A program made the translations under genes and the position numbers. From a virus, in IMG/VR virus record IMGVR_UViG_3300049893_001984, positions 32,001 through 96,000 of that record: DNA of 64,000 nucleotides; one strand, 5' to 3'. The notes below the pieces were generated by a model. It was not told the origin of the DNA. It was given only the letters and a program-made list of their open reading frames with translations, and made no database searches. How positions within the stretch are numbered: the stretch's first letter is position 1; every line of letters begins with the position of its first letter. Of the stretch, positions 9,509 through 19,270 are shown piece by piece.

Positions 9509-9982
9509 TTACGGCACGTTTATCACAATCGCCTTATTTGCACCCAGGCTACCTGCAGCTCCAGGGGCTGGCAATGTGAGTGAAACAGCGACACCGTCCC
9601 TGTCAATTAGAGTACCACCATTCAGCTCAAGAGAGCCTGTGGTTTTGTAATCAAGGTCAGCGGAGGTGTCACCTGAGACCGTCGTATAGTTGAAGGTCAA
9701 AGTTGCACTCCCTGTACCAGACGCATAAGTAGCGTAGCGGTCAGTCGTACCAGTTTCTAGCAGTATTCTAGGCGTCCCTGTCACATTCACAATTTCGCTA
9801 AAAGTAACGAGAATCGGGACAACCGTAGCGGCACTGGTTATGGTTCCGTTTGCCGTCGAAGAGGTTACGTTACTCACGACAGCAATCTTCCAAGCATCAG
9901 CCTCCCGATAATGGCGAGTTGATGGTCTGCGGCGAGCAGGCTGAGAAAACCTAGAGGTGCGGCGAGGTCTATAGTTGGGCAT
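9509..9982 (-). CDS. Ig-like domain protein with Arg-rich N-terminus (possible head decoration)
   Basis: 157 aa; ILVTFSEIVNVTGTPRILLETG...YASGTGSATLTFNYT...DLDY resembles bacterial Ig-like repeats. Confidence 0.55.
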   Translation of the reverse strand: MPNYRPRRTSRFSQPARRRPSTRHYREADAWKIAVVSNVTSSTANGTITSAATVVPILVTFSEIVNVTGTPRILLETGTTDRYATYASGTGSATLTFNYTTVSGDTSADLDYKTTGSLELNGGTLIDRDGVAVSLTLPAPGAAGSLGANKAIVINVP

Positions 9983-9991
9983 GGTTCCCCC

Positions 9992-10471
9992 TTAACTGGC
10001 ATGCTGCTCTAGAATACTCACGAGCCCAGTGCCTGAGAAAGCGCTTACGTATACTTTATAATAGGAAGGCGGTATGTCTTTAATAACCCACAGTTCCGAG
10101 AACGTCAGAACCTTAGTGGTGACCCGCACCCATGTTCCTCTATTAGCTCTGCTAGCGAGGGTGGGTGCGGGTGTCACCGGATTAGTAATAATGGGTGTTC
10201 GTTCTATTTCTGCTTTTTTCCAGAGTTCAAGAGTTACCGAAGTAACGCCGTCTCCTACTATAACCGACAAGTCCAACTGGGCATTACGCCCATACTGCGC
10301 GATATCGTTGGTCGTGTCGTTTATCTGACCAGCACCGTGCGTGTAGGTGTTAAGGACTGGAACTAACTCGTCATCAAGGAAGTCAGCCGTGGAATCCACA
10401 GCTATAGCCTCCCGGAAGAACGCAAGTCCTGTAACAAAGTCCGCTCCCTGAACTGCTCGCTTGCCAGCCAT
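9992..10471 (-). CDS. Hypothetical beta-sandwich virion protein
   Basis: 159 aa, beta-rich, in the head gene cluster; SD GGAG. Confidence 0.55.
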   Translation of the reverse strand: MAGKRAVQGADFVTGLAFFREAIAVDSTADFLDDELVPVLNTYTHGAGQINDTTNDIAQYGRNAQLDLSVIVGDGVTSVTLELWKKAEIERTPIITNPVTPAPTLASRANRGTWVRVTTKVLTFSELWVIKDIPPSYYKVYVSAFSGTGLVSILEQHAS

Positions 10472-10496
10472 TTGTCTACTCCTATTACGCTACTTA

Positions 10497-10838
10497 TTAA
10501 GCCAAGACACTGGCCAGGGCCGCTTCACGAATTTCAGGATCACCGGACAGGAAGTAAGAAGCTTCCTTAACAGCCGTTTCTGCCAACTGCGCTGTTTCCG
10601 CCTGATGCACTCCCAGCATGTTCTTCAAGGCATAGTTTGCCTGTTTAATCACGTTATTCGTATTGCTGGCGCTCATCTGCTTTACATACGCCGCAGTCTC
10701 CAGCGCAGCATCCAAGCTTTCATTATCCGGGATGTTGACACCGAGCTCCGCGCACTTCTGAATAAAGACAGGCGCGTAAATCTTTTGAATGAGAACCGCT
10801 TCCTGCGGGGTAAGTTCGTTACTCATGGCTAGCTCCAA
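10497..10838 (-). CDS. Putative head-associated protein
   Basis: 113 aa directly after the MCP gene; KQA and KEAS motifs; FIQKCAELGV helical module. Confidence 0.6.
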   Translation of the reverse strand: MELAMSNELTPQEAVLIQKIYAPVFIQKCAELGVNIPDNESLDAALETAAYVKQMSASNTNNVIKQANYALKNMLGVHQAETAQLAETAVKEASYFLSGDPEIREAALASVLA

Positions 10839-10859
10839 TTGCTGTTTTATTTTTCACCA

Positions 10860-10895
10860 CAAAGAAAAGGGACCAGGCCAGTGACCTGGTCCCTT
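10860..10895 (-). terminator. Terminator downstream of the major capsid gene
   Basis: AAGGGACCAGG (10867-10877) / CCTGGTCCCTT (10885-10895) 11-bp stem followed by TTCTTTG on the minus strand. Confidence 0.75.
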
Positions 10896-10904
10896 GCACA
10901 CAAC

Positions 10905-11840
10905 TTAGTAGAAGTCCACGCGACCAACAGCAGCCACGTTGGCAATAGCCGCGCCGATGGACTCGTACGCGAAGAACTCAAGCATGTACGCACGCCGATC
11001 AATGTACATGGTCGTGTCTTCGAGCACGTAGAACTTGCCATGGAACTTCGGTTCGGCAAACAGGAAGACCGTGTCGTCCGGAACCAGGTCGCGCTTGATA
11101 GTGATGATCCAGCGACGGCCCATGAGCTCCTGTTCAGAGAACCCAGTCTTGAACAGTTCCTGAGACATGTCACCGCCGACCTCATCACGTCCAAACTTAA
11201 CGATATCCCAAATCGTCACGTTGTTGATGAGAACGGTTGCCACGTTCAGGTGGTACGGCGTCTTAGGCAGCGTCTTCATGGCCTCAGCCAGGTTGTCACG
11301 GGTAACGCCACCAGTGATCGAGCGCCACTGAACCGTATTCGTTTCAGTGACTGTAGAACCAGCGGAACCGCCCAGAAGGCTGTTCACAACCGCGATGTAC
11401 TTACCATCTTCCTCGGCCAGCATGTCCTTCACGCTGTTGTCAGACAGCACCTGGCGGATGTCGATGTTGTACGTGCGCAGTTCATCCACGTCCTTAATGA
11501 ACTTCGGAGTAAGGATGCGGTCGAACATAACCCGGAAGCGGGGTCCCTTGATGTACCGATTGGACGGCATCGTACCAAAAGGCACGCTGACGGCCGCAGG
11601 ACTATCCGGTTCCTTGTCCACAACCTTCACCGGCTTGTCCGTATCAACCTGGCGATCAAGTTCATCGTTGGTGATAGTGACGGGCGGGAGAATGCGGCGG
11701 AAGAAGCCGTCTTCGCGGATCTTGAGGCGGATATAATCATTCACCGCATCTTCGGCCTGCTTCTGAATACCAGAATCCTTAGACGTGAGCTTGTCCAGGA
11801 CGGTGTTGTTAATCATTTTAACTGTAGGATCGTTACTCAT
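10905..11840 (-). CDS. Major capsid protein (HK97 fold, inferred)
   Basis: 311 aa; strong codon bias and SD GGAGG; follows the protease, scaffold and decoration genes; own terminator; DGFFRRILPP, MLAEEDGKYI and YESIGAAIANVAAV segments fit HK97-type MCPs. Confidence 0.85.
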   Translation of the reverse strand: MSNDPTVKMINNTVLDKLTSKDSGIQKQAEDAVNDYIRLKIREDGFFRRILPPVTITNDELDRQVDTDKPVKVVDKEPDSPAAVSVPFGTMPSNRYIKGPRFRVMFDRILTPKFIKDVDELRTYNIDIRQVLSDNSVKDMLAEEDGKYIAVVNSLLGGSAGSTVTETNTVQWRSITGGVTRDNLAEAMKTLPKTPYHLNVATVLINNVTIWDIVKFGRDEVGGDMSQELFKTGFSEQELMGRRWIITIKRDLVPDDTVFLFAEPKFHGKFYVLEDTTMYIDRRAYMLEFFAYESIGAAIANVAAVGRVDFY

Positions 11841-11955
11841 TTTAACCTCCGTTTTAGCTTATACGGGATGCACTTCATGGCAGATGCCCGCTTCTTTGTT
11901 ACATGGAACTATAGTTTTCTCTACAGAACCAATCTTTGTCAATCAGTTGCTTTAC

Positions 11956-12357
11956 TTACTTGCCCTTCTTTTTGTCTCTTTGTGCGCGTTGCCAAGCTAG
12001 AAGCGCGAGTCCGGAAAGTCCTGGAGGGGGCGCTTCAGGAATTGGCTTGCTGCTGGGGTAAACAGAGAACCCACTGCTTCCGGTTCTCGGTTTTGGTTCT
12101 GGGACGTATTTACTTCCTTCCCAGTTTGGCGTTGGTGCCATAGACACCGTTCCGCCTGCGACAGAAGGCTTGTCCCCGCTGAAAATAGGGTTGTTCAGTT
12201 TTGCGCGCAAACCTTCAGGAAATATACTGGCAACACCTTTACCTGTTGCAGCTAGCGTCCCTCTAGCAACGTCATATAGAGCCCCAAGAGGAACCATGCC
12301 CTCTTTTTGGAGCCCGCTATTAGTGGCTTCTTTAATCAGATATTTAAGGTGGTTCAT
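11956..12357 (-). CDS. Putative internal head protein with N-terminal tag MNHLKYLIKEA
   Basis: 133 aa; shared tag; basic C-terminus; sits between the decoration and MCP genes. Confidence 0.65.
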   Translation of the reverse strand: MNHLKYLIKEATNSGLQKEGMVPLGALYDVARGTLAATGKGVASIFPEGLRAKLNNPIFSGDKPSVAGGTVSMAPTPNWEGSKYVPEPKPRTGSSGFSVYPSSKPIPEAPPPGLSGLALLAWQRAQRDKKKGK

Positions 12358-12377
12358 AGCTACAACCTCGTCGTAGG

Positions 12378-12415
12378 GTTAAGGGTGGTTATGCTTAGCC
12401 ATAACCACCCTTAAC
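12378..12415. other. Perfect 16-bp intergenic hairpin with no U-tract
   Basis: GTTAAGGGTGGTTATG (12378-12393) / CATAACCACCCTTAAC (12400-12415), 6-nt loop. Confidence 0.8.
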
Positions 12416-12421
12416 ACTAGT

Positions 12422-12931
12422 TTAGTACTTCGGAATAAAGACCGGCCAGAAGCGAACCACACTCTTGCGATAGGAGTTCGTGAACGGAGCCGTAATATCC
12501 GAGACTATTCCAACGATGGTCTTAGCGTAAGAACCAGTGTTAACCACTTCAAGCTTTCCAGGAGTGGCGCCAGCCGGATCCGAACCAAGCGCAGCGTTCG
12601 GAACGAAGCCTGTTCCGGCGTATTCCGTGCTTTCCAGTTCATAACCACCGGTAGCAACGAGACACATCCATTTTCCACCAGAGATGTTACCGACGTCCGA
12701 ATTGGTATCGAAGTCGTTAAGATTCTGGAAAACAAACATCGGCATTGCAAAGTTAGCAGCGCCAAGAACGCCCTTCGCGCTCGAGTTAAGGGCAACCACC
12801 ATACCCGCGTTCATAGCGGTGACAGACGCGTCCATGGTGACAGCTTTGTCGAGAGCATAGGGTGACGGCCAACCCTTAACAGGGTTAAGCTCGTGGTCGA
12901 ACATTTGGGCGGGTGTAAGAGTACCTGGCAT
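12422..12931 (-). CDS. Putative head decoration/cement protein
   Basis: 169 aa, small-residue beta-rich, strongly biased codons, upstream of the MCP gene; SD GGAGG. Confidence 0.55.
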   Translation of the reverse strand: MPGTLTPAQMFDHELNPVKGWPSPYALDKAVTMDASVTAMNAGMVVALNSSAKGVLGAANFAMPMFVFQNLNDFDTNSDVGNISGGKWMCLVATGGYELESTEYAGTGFVPNAALGSDPAGATPGKLEVVNTGSYAKTIVGIVSDITAPFTNSYRKSVVRFWPVFIPKY

Positions 12932-13007
12932 TTTGAATTCCTCCGTTTTCGTTTATAGCGGCATCCTATAATAGGTTTTCCGCGTTTAGTGTTATTTGCT
13001 TTTATTC

Positions 13008-13358
13008 TTACTGAATAAGTCCGAAATCGCGCAAGAACTTATCGTCAGCAGCACTACCTTTTTCCGCTTTTTCAGTTGAAGCCGACTTGGAAATCATCGG
13101 TTCACCCAAGGGAGCAACCATGGAAGTTTTGCGGTGGAACTCAGCCGCAGTCTTCTCAAGACTCTCTAGAGCACGCAAGGGGTCTTGCAATGAAACTATA
13201 GCCTGAGAGCGCTGATTCTCAAGCAGGAAACCAGCCTTAATCAGAGCGTCGACAGTGCTCGGCGCTTTATTAGCAATCGATCTTTCAAGCTCAGCAGCCT
13301 TTGCAAGCAAAGGTTGTGTAGCTTTCACGTACTCAACGTATTTCTTTTCAACACTCAT
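13008..13358 (-). CDS. Putative scaffold-associated helical protein
   Basis: 116 aa, helical; KTAA and KSAS motifs; SD GGAGG. Confidence 0.5.
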   Translation of the reverse strand: MSVEKKYVEYVKATQPLLAKAAELERSIANKAPSTVDALIKAGFLLENQRSQAIVSLQDPLRALESLEKTAAEFHRKTSMVAPLGEPMISKSASTEKAEKGSAADDKFLRDFGLIQ

Positions 13359-13402
13359 TTTATACCTCCGGGATGTTTTGTCAGGTGTTGACCTAACTTA
13401 GT

Positions 13403-14428
13403 TTAAGCACCAGGCATGCCGGGAGGCATTCCGCCAGGAGCTTCTCCGCCGCCACCACCATGTTCGGCTTCAATCTGCTGAATGGCCTGAGCGAGTTCCT
13501 CAGGAGTTACGCCAGCTTCCTGCAAAGCCTGAGCAAGCTGTTCAAGATGCTCGTCAGCTCCGCCGCCTTCGCCACCTTCGCCGCCCATCATATGCGGGTT
13601 ACCAGCCTCATCAGAGGCGGTTTCCTCTGCACTACCCGCTGCCATAGCGTCGTTGGACATAGGAGCGCCTTCGCCAGGCTGTTCGTCTCCGTCAGGTTCG
13701 CCAGCTCTCTTCATGTGAACCTTGTTCAAGCCTGCAATGTGCCCCGCAAGAAACTGAACATACCGTTCGGCATCCTCCTCAGCACTCTTGATGATAGATT
13801 CTACCACGCTTTGCGCGACTTGAGTCTGGGCTGTTTCAGCCTCGGCTGACTTGGAAAACCCCAACTGCTCAGCCAGATGGCAAGCTGCCGCGTAACCAGC
13901 CTCGGCGTCTTCTCTGTACTGTTCAGCCGCAGCCTCTTTGCTAAGCCCCTGTTCTTCCGTGCAACCCTCTTCATGTGAAGACTGCTTCTCCAGCTCAGCC
14001 AGCAAGTCAGCACCTAGTGCCGCCGCTGCAGAGAAAGAGGAGTACTTTTCGCTGAAGGTAGAGTTGCTCGGATGACCGGAAGATTCCTGAGGCTTGTCCT
14101 TACCCGACTTAGGGTGAGCGACATTGCCCTTAACTTCCCCGGCTTCCATCTTCTGCGTTCCAATGGAATCGGCCGGATCTTTTCCGTCGACAGAGTTGGC
14201 GTCTTCCTGCCCGCTGACATTGCTATTAGTATCAGCCGCGTCACCCTTATTCTCAGCGGAACGGGCACCTTCACGCGCCTTCATTGTACCGTCATCCGCA
14301 TCCATGACCGGGTGGGTCGTGGGTTTGGAGGGATCGGTAGCCTGCTTAATAGAGGCACGCTTCTCGGTGCGGACTTCTGTCAGAAACTTGTCCATAAGGT
14401 CAAGCACATCAACGTTCATCTTACTCAT
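13403..14428 (-). CDS. Putative prohead scaffold protein
   Basis: 341 aa, acidic and low complexity; many KxA motifs (KRAS, KQAT, KEAA, KSAE x2, KRAG); lies between protease and MCP. Confidence 0.55.
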   Translation of the reverse strand: MSKMNVDVLDLMDKFLTEVRTEKRASIKQATDPSKPTTHPVMDADDGTMKAREGARSAENKGDAADTNSNVSGQEDANSVDGKDPADSIGTQKMEAGEVKGNVAHPKSGKDKPQESSGHPSNSTFSEKYSSFSAAAALGADLLAELEKQSSHEEGCTEEQGLSKEAAAEQYREDAEAGYAAACHLAEQLGFSKSAEAETAQTQVAQSVVESIIKSAEEDAERYVQFLAGHIAGLNKVHMKRAGEPDGDEQPGEGAPMSNDAMAAGSAEETASDEAGNPHMMGGEGGEGGGADEHLEQLAQALQEAGVTPEELAQAIQQIEAEHGGGGGEAPGGMPPGMPGA

Positions 14429-14464
14429 TTTATGTCTCCTACGTTATGCCCCGTTTGTGAGCGT

Positions 14465-15916
14465 TTACACTTTAATGTAGTTACGCATTACAAGCAAGGT
14501 GTTAGTTATTGGATCGTTACCCGTGAGACTAGCAAACGACAGCTGATACTTTACGTACTCCTTGGCCAGCTCAGCCGCTTTCACGGAGCAAGAAGCGGTT
14601 TTAACTGATCCAAGGTTCTTAAAAGCAGGCTCATCTCCACGTACCGTGGCGGCTAAAACCCTGCGCTGAACTTTATTCTCTGCGATAGAGTAGTCGTTTT
14701 GCAACTCCTCGGCTACCTTTACCGCCGACAAAGGGTATACATTAGTTGGGCTGTAAGCACAACTATCTATACAAGTTTCCAAGTCGAAGTTGCTTATATT
14801 AGAGTACATACCAGGAAGCAAAGCTTCAACCTCTGAAGCTTCTTTATAACTCCCTTGGCCTGTAAGGGTAAGGAAATCCATTACAGATAACGGAATCTTA
14901 GCAGAACCAAGAGCGCTAAGGGCGTGGGCAGTCTTGTGCGACTTCAACTCTTCCATAGCTTTACTTGGTATGTTCTTGGTGCAACAGCCCAAGGCTAGCT
15001 TGTTTGCCAGGTGCTTGTTGTCAGCACCAGCAGCTACGGCTTCGATCTTCTTCTCAATCTCAGCCAGCTTTTTGGCGGCAGAGAGCTTAACGGCGGCGTA
15101 CTTGGAAGATACGCCAAGGAGTTCGACTGGAGCCGATACCCCCAGCTCTTCTGCCAGCTCAGCTCCGCCAATTGGCCGCTCCAAAACAGAAGCAACCTTC
15201 TGCAGGGACCAAGCTATTCGGTCTGCAGGGCGGACTACCTTTGATATATCAAAGAAGGTGGGCTGGTCGTTAATAGCAAAAACCTGGTGCCCACTCTTAA
15301 TAATAGAAGTCATGTGGTCTCGCAGGTGCTCGCAGTATTCCCCGCGATGCTTTGCTTTGTTACCACAGATAGAACAAATATCGTAAGGAACCTTGGCAGC
15401 CATCGAGAATGGGATGTCTTTACCAGAAGCAAGCTTCTGCAAGTCACCTTCCCACTCTTTATCGTGAGGAACCTTTATGACAAGTTCGCCGCGATGCATG
15501 TCTTTATTATAAGCAGCCGCCTTTATCTGTCCGATAGACTTGGCAGGGTCGTCGTTCTTGTGATGCTTATAGACATGCCCGTGCTTCATAAACGTGCTGT
15601 CGTGCCGACCTATTAGGCCGTCAACCATGTCGTAGTACCCAGGCTGACCCGGCTTAGGGAAAGGGATGGTGAAGCGAGCTTGTTTCTCGTTGAACCCGTC
15701 ACCATTCCTGTTATTGCCGAACATCTCCATAGCACCAAGGGAGATCAAATGAATAAGGCTGTGACCAGGCTCTGGCCGAAGCTCGGCCATCTTAGGAGTG
15801 AACAATGCAGCACGTTTCTGCATCCACGATCGATCTACGCCCCTGGAATGCACATCCATAAGACGTGCAACCGGGGTTCCAAAATCGAATGAGTCGCTGG
15901 TTATAACCTTGATCAT
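14465..15916 (-). CDS. Prohead maturation protease (HK97/assemblin-type fold, inferred) with Cys/His Zn site
   Basis: 483 aa; GNNRNGDGF, YKHHKN (candidate His), PFSMAAKV (candidate Ser), CSIC...CEH; canonical position upstream of scaffold and MCP. Confidence 0.7.
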   Translation of the reverse strand: MIKVITSDSFDFGTPVARLMDVHSRGVDRSWMQKRAALFTPKMAELRPEPGHSLIHLISLGAMEMFGNNRNGDGFNEKQARFTIPFPKPGQPGYYDMVDGLIGRHDSTFMKHGHVYKHHKNDDPAKSIGQIKAAAYNKDMHRGELVIKVPHDKEWEGDLQKLASGKDIPFSMAAKVPYDICSICGNKAKHRGEYCEHLRDHMTSIIKSGHQVFAINDQPTFFDISKVVRPADRIAWSLQKVASVLERPIGGAELAEELGVSAPVELLGVSSKYAAVKLSAAKKLAEIEKKIEAVAAGADNKHLANKLALGCCTKNIPSKAMEELKSHKTAHALSALGSAKIPLSVMDFLTLTGQGSYKEASEVEALLPGMYSNISNFDLETCIDSCAYSPTNVYPLSAVKVAEELQNDYSIAENKVQRRVLAATVRGDEPAFKNLGSVKTASCSVKAAELAKEYVKYQLSFASLTGNDPITNTLLVMRNYIKV

Positions 15917-15927
15917 GTTTAACCCCG

Positions 15928-16569
15928 TTAGTAAGTCATGTGGACCTTGTCAACACGCTTATCTCCTGTGCTTGCGATTGTTGCAAGCCTTCTTTGCATG
16001 TTGTCAATGTAGCTAGATAGGTACTGGGACCTCGGTATGTTAGGCAGGTCACCTATAGCTGGGCCTGTGTGATGGTTGTGTATATACGCGCCAGGTGATC
16101 GCAGCTGATAGGCAGGCTCAGCAACATGGCTAAGGCTGATAGGCCCTGGCATTATACCTGGTTTTACCACCCTTTCAGAAACGAGCTTATTAACAGTCTT
16201 ACGCGCATCAGATTTCGCCGTTTGTAAGGGATCTCCGCCATAATTATTCCACCCTGTGGCCATGTTTTTATTAAGCGCCTCAAGGCCTGGCTTCAAGGAT
16301 AGCGTAGCGCTACGGTCTCCAGCAGCAGGTGCCATGGTGTGGCTCACCATGTTCATAACGCTTTTAACTCTATCGGATGGAAGGCTAGATATTGCGTCTA
16401 ACTCTCTTTCTCTGCGCCACTGTGGGCCGTACCTGTGATGTTCGTCTCTATACTGGATTGGAACTGGTTTACCTTTGTTAGCTTCGCTCATAAGACGAGA
16501 GCGCATGGCGTGAAATATGACATTATCAGGGTTTAGCGCCGTTTTGATAAGATAGCCTAGATGGTTCAT
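15928..16569 (-). CDS. Putative internal head protein with N-terminal tag MNHLGYLIKTA
   Basis: 213 aa; shared tag; tightly coupled to its neighbours. Confidence 0.65.
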   Translation of the reverse strand: MNHLGYLIKTALNPDNVIFHAMRSRLMSEANKGKPVPIQYRDEHHRYGPQWRRERELDAISSLPSDRVKSVMNMVSHTMAPAAGDRSATLSLKPGLEALNKNMATGWNNYGGDPLQTAKSDARKTVNKLVSERVVKPGIMPGPISLSHVAEPAYQLRSPGAYIHNHHTGPAIGDLPNIPRSQYLSSYIDNMQRRLATIASTGDKRVDKVHMTY

Positions 16570-16570
16570 C

Positions 16571-17869
16571 CTACATGCTCCTTTGTTTCAAGGCATCCCT
16601 GAGTTGCTGCATCTGTTCCTGATTAAGTATAACCGCGTTCTGATGTAACCCACTCTCATAAGCAGGCACTGGCCGTTTAATAAAAGAAGTGACCGGCGAC
16701 CTTCTGATTAATTGAGCCTTTTCAACCATATTTGCCCCTGGGCTGAGGAACATGGCATTCCCTTCGCCAGCAGACAGTATGTTTCCTGGGAGTCGGTATA
16801 CACCACCGTCACCAGGGCCTAGTTTACGCGGAGAAAATAGGGGACCTGTAACTGAGGCTTTCTTCAGCGTAGGAAGCTTCTTAATTAACTCATCCCGTTC
16901 CTGTGCTTTGCGCTGCGCCTCTTCTTCCTGATCCTGGGCGTTAAGTCTTGCCCGGACAGCAGCTTCGCCACCTTCTGACTTACGCCACAAAGCGCGTGCA
17001 GCGAACGGAATACCGCTCAGAACGGCACCGCCTGCCATACCTAAGGCAGGTCCGAGCCATTTATACTTCGGAGCCTGGTAAGCCGCTTGAGGCGGGGCGT
17101 CTTTCTTGCCCTTACCACTATCGCCGGGTTTAAACGCTCTTGCCTCATTGTTAATGGCTGCCACTGCGCCAGGACCATACCGTCCTACCAGATCATCCCT
17201 GATCTTCATTGCTTCAGGGCTTGGTTTACCAAACCACTTATTTTCAGAGAAGGCTTCAGCTATTAGCTCAGGGCTTTTAAACCCAATTGAATTGACTACA
17301 TTTTGGGCTAGCTCTCCGCGTAGCTTCATTAAGCGGCCCATATGAGCTTCGGCTTGAGCTGGCGTGTAATGAGGGTACTTATGCTTTATCAAAACTTCTG
17401 CTGGGGCTTGGAAATGCTGCTTAAACTTATACTTTTCAAGTTCGGACAATCGGTCCTGGAACTTGCTGTCCATAAACAATTTCTTAGCAACATCACCGCT
17501 AACCGGTGCGTACTTCTTAGCGAGATGGTGGCCATACACGCCGCCAGCAATAGCAGCGCCTCCACGAATAGCCGCCTCGCCCAAGGTCTGGGGAATAGGA
17601 ATAAGCGTTCGCCCTACGCCAGTACTTATGTATCCAGACGTAGAAGTGTCCTCATCGCTAGCCCGCGAATCTGCCAACTCATGAAGCCGAGCAGCGTGGC
17701 GACGTGCAATTTCTTCTTGAGCGGCTAGTGTCTCAAACTTACTACGCGTTTTAGCCAGCTCTTCGTGATTAGGATTTGCAGCAGGAGGGGCCTCAGCTAA
17801 TGCACCTGCGGCCTGCTTTTGCATCTTAGCCGTTATGCACATTCGTGCTAGTTTTTCACTGATGTCCAT
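16571..17869 (-). CDS. Putative internal head/ejection protein
   Basis: 432 aa; QKQAA and KKAS motifs; two Gly-rich hydrophobic helices. Confidence 0.6.
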   Translation of the reverse strand: MDISEKLARMCITAKMQKQAAGALAEAPPAANPNHEELAKTRSKFETLAAQEEIARRHAARLHELADSRASDEDTSTSGYISTGVGRTLIPIPQTLGEAAIRGGAAIAGGVYGHHLAKKYAPVSGDVAKKLFMDSKFQDRLSELEKYKFKQHFQAPAEVLIKHKYPHYTPAQAEAHMGRLMKLRGELAQNVVNSIGFKSPELIAEAFSENKWFGKPSPEAMKIRDDLVGRYGPGAVAAINNEARAFKPGDSGKGKKDAPPQAAYQAPKYKWLGPALGMAGGAVLSGIPFAARALWRKSEGGEAAVRARLNAQDQEEEAQRKAQERDELIKKLPTLKKASVTGPLFSPRKLGPGDGGVYRLPGNILSAGEGNAMFLSPGANMVEKAQLIRRSPVTSFIKRPVPAYESGLHQNAVILNQEQMQQLRDALKQRSM

Positions 17870-17878
17870 AACTTCTCC

Positions 17879-19270
17879 TTAGTCTGATTTGGCCTTAGGC
17901 TTTGAGGAGGCGCCTGCTATAGGGGACATTAGCGGGATGTCTTCCTGCATGTCGCGCAAACGTTTCTCAATCTGAGATAGCTGGTGGGCCTCAAAAGGTT
18001 CCATTACACCTTCCTGCTGGATAACCTTATGCAGAACTCCACGCATCAAAGCAGGATGCTGACTTGCCAAAGGCGCAAACTGAGCCACGTGGTTGTACGC
18101 ACCATATACTTGGTGCGGCTCGTACGCAGACAGTATAGGGTCATTCGCCACAAAATCATTCAGCATTGTTTTAGTCTTTGCAGCCTGTAGTTCTGCTTCA
18201 TGCGTGGGGTCAAATACATCATTAATAGCGTCCATACGTGTCTCTACGCCTTTAGGCTTAAGCCCCAAAGCAGAAGTCACGCTAGACCCAACGCCACTAA
18301 TAATGGGTCCCTTAAGATCTTCAACATCAAGCGCGGACTTGGCCATACTCTCTTCAGCATCTTCATCGGAAGCGAGTAAAGAACCAAGCAAGGAGGAAGG
18401 TTTTGTGTTTTGTCGCCTTGCTGCTTGTTTAATGGGAGAACGTGCCGCCGCAGAGGCTGCTTCAGCACGGGCGTTAGCTGCTTTCTCACTTTGTTCAAAT
18501 AGAGTGTAGGCTTCGTCGATCACGCGTTTGATCTGACCGTAAGGCTTTTTAGCCTCGTCAAAAGTCATGTGACGACGAGGGTACTCCTCGGCTCGCTTCT
18601 CTTTTAGTTTCCCGACCGCGTAGATCATGTCCATGCAGGTCTTGCCTACGCTGCCGAATGTAGCAACCGCTCTTTTCTCAACCTCAGAGAACGGAGAGTG
18701 CCCGATCGTGTGGAAATATTCAGATGCTTCTTGAGCCAAGGAAGCGACCTTCAAGAACTGGGCTCTATATTCACCGTCGGCGTAGTTAGCTAACTTCTCT
18801 AACCCCTTGGCCTTATCTATGCTCTTTCCGTCAGCCCATTCTTTATCTCTGTCGTATGCGCTCGGTTTAAGAGACCACTCAGTGGGAAGATCGTTGCGGG
18901 CGTAGGATTTCTTGGTGAAGTCAGTGCGCTCAGCAGCAAGGGCGTCAGAGTGCAGCTCAAAAGCCGCAGACTTCTCAGACTCCCACATTGGCTTTTCAGG
19001 ATACATACGCTCAAGAATAGCAGCGGGGTCAGCGAGCGGGAAGTTCTCCGCCCGATCCACTCCGCTAGCTTGCTTCATGTGTGCAAGCGTGCGCGAAACA
19101 TTGAATGCCTCGCACGCACGCTTTATAAGCTGCGGGTTAAACTTGTTAAGGCTAGCCACCTTATGGATAGCATCGGTTGGGTGCGTGCCGCTGTTGCTGT
19201 CACGAATAGCGGATTCAATAGCCTTGACGATTCTTTCTTCGTCAACCTTGCTCAACTTCTCTATACTCAT
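17879..19270 (-). CDS. Putative internal head protein
   Basis: 463 aa, helical; KQAS, KSAA, KQAA and KSAL motifs. Confidence 0.65.
   Translation of the reverse strand: MSIEKLSKVDEERIVKAIESAIRDSNSGTHPTDAIHKVASLNKFNPQLIKRACEAFNVSRTLAHMKQASGVDRAENFPLADPAAILERMYPEKPMWESEKSAAFELHSDALAAERTDFTKKSYARNDLPTEWSLKPSAYDRDKEWADGKSIDKAKGLEKLANYADGEYRAQFLKVASLAQEASEYFHTIGHSPFSEVEKRAVATFGSVGKTCMDMIYAVGKLKEKRAEEYPRRHMTFDEAKKPYGQIKRVIDEAYTLFEQSEKAANARAEAASAAARSPIKQAARRQNTKPSSLLGSLLASDEDAEESMAKSALDVEDLKGPIISGVGSSVTSALGLKPKGVETRMDAINDVFDPTHEAELQAAKTKTMLNDFVANDPILSAYEPHQVYGAYNHVAQFAPLASQHPALMRGVLHKVIQQEGVMEPFEAHQLSQIEKRLRDMQEDIPLMSPIAGASSKPKAKSD

Noticed and set aside
10839-12143. 434-aa plus-strand ORF
   Set aside because: Antisense shadow of the MCP gene, same explanation.
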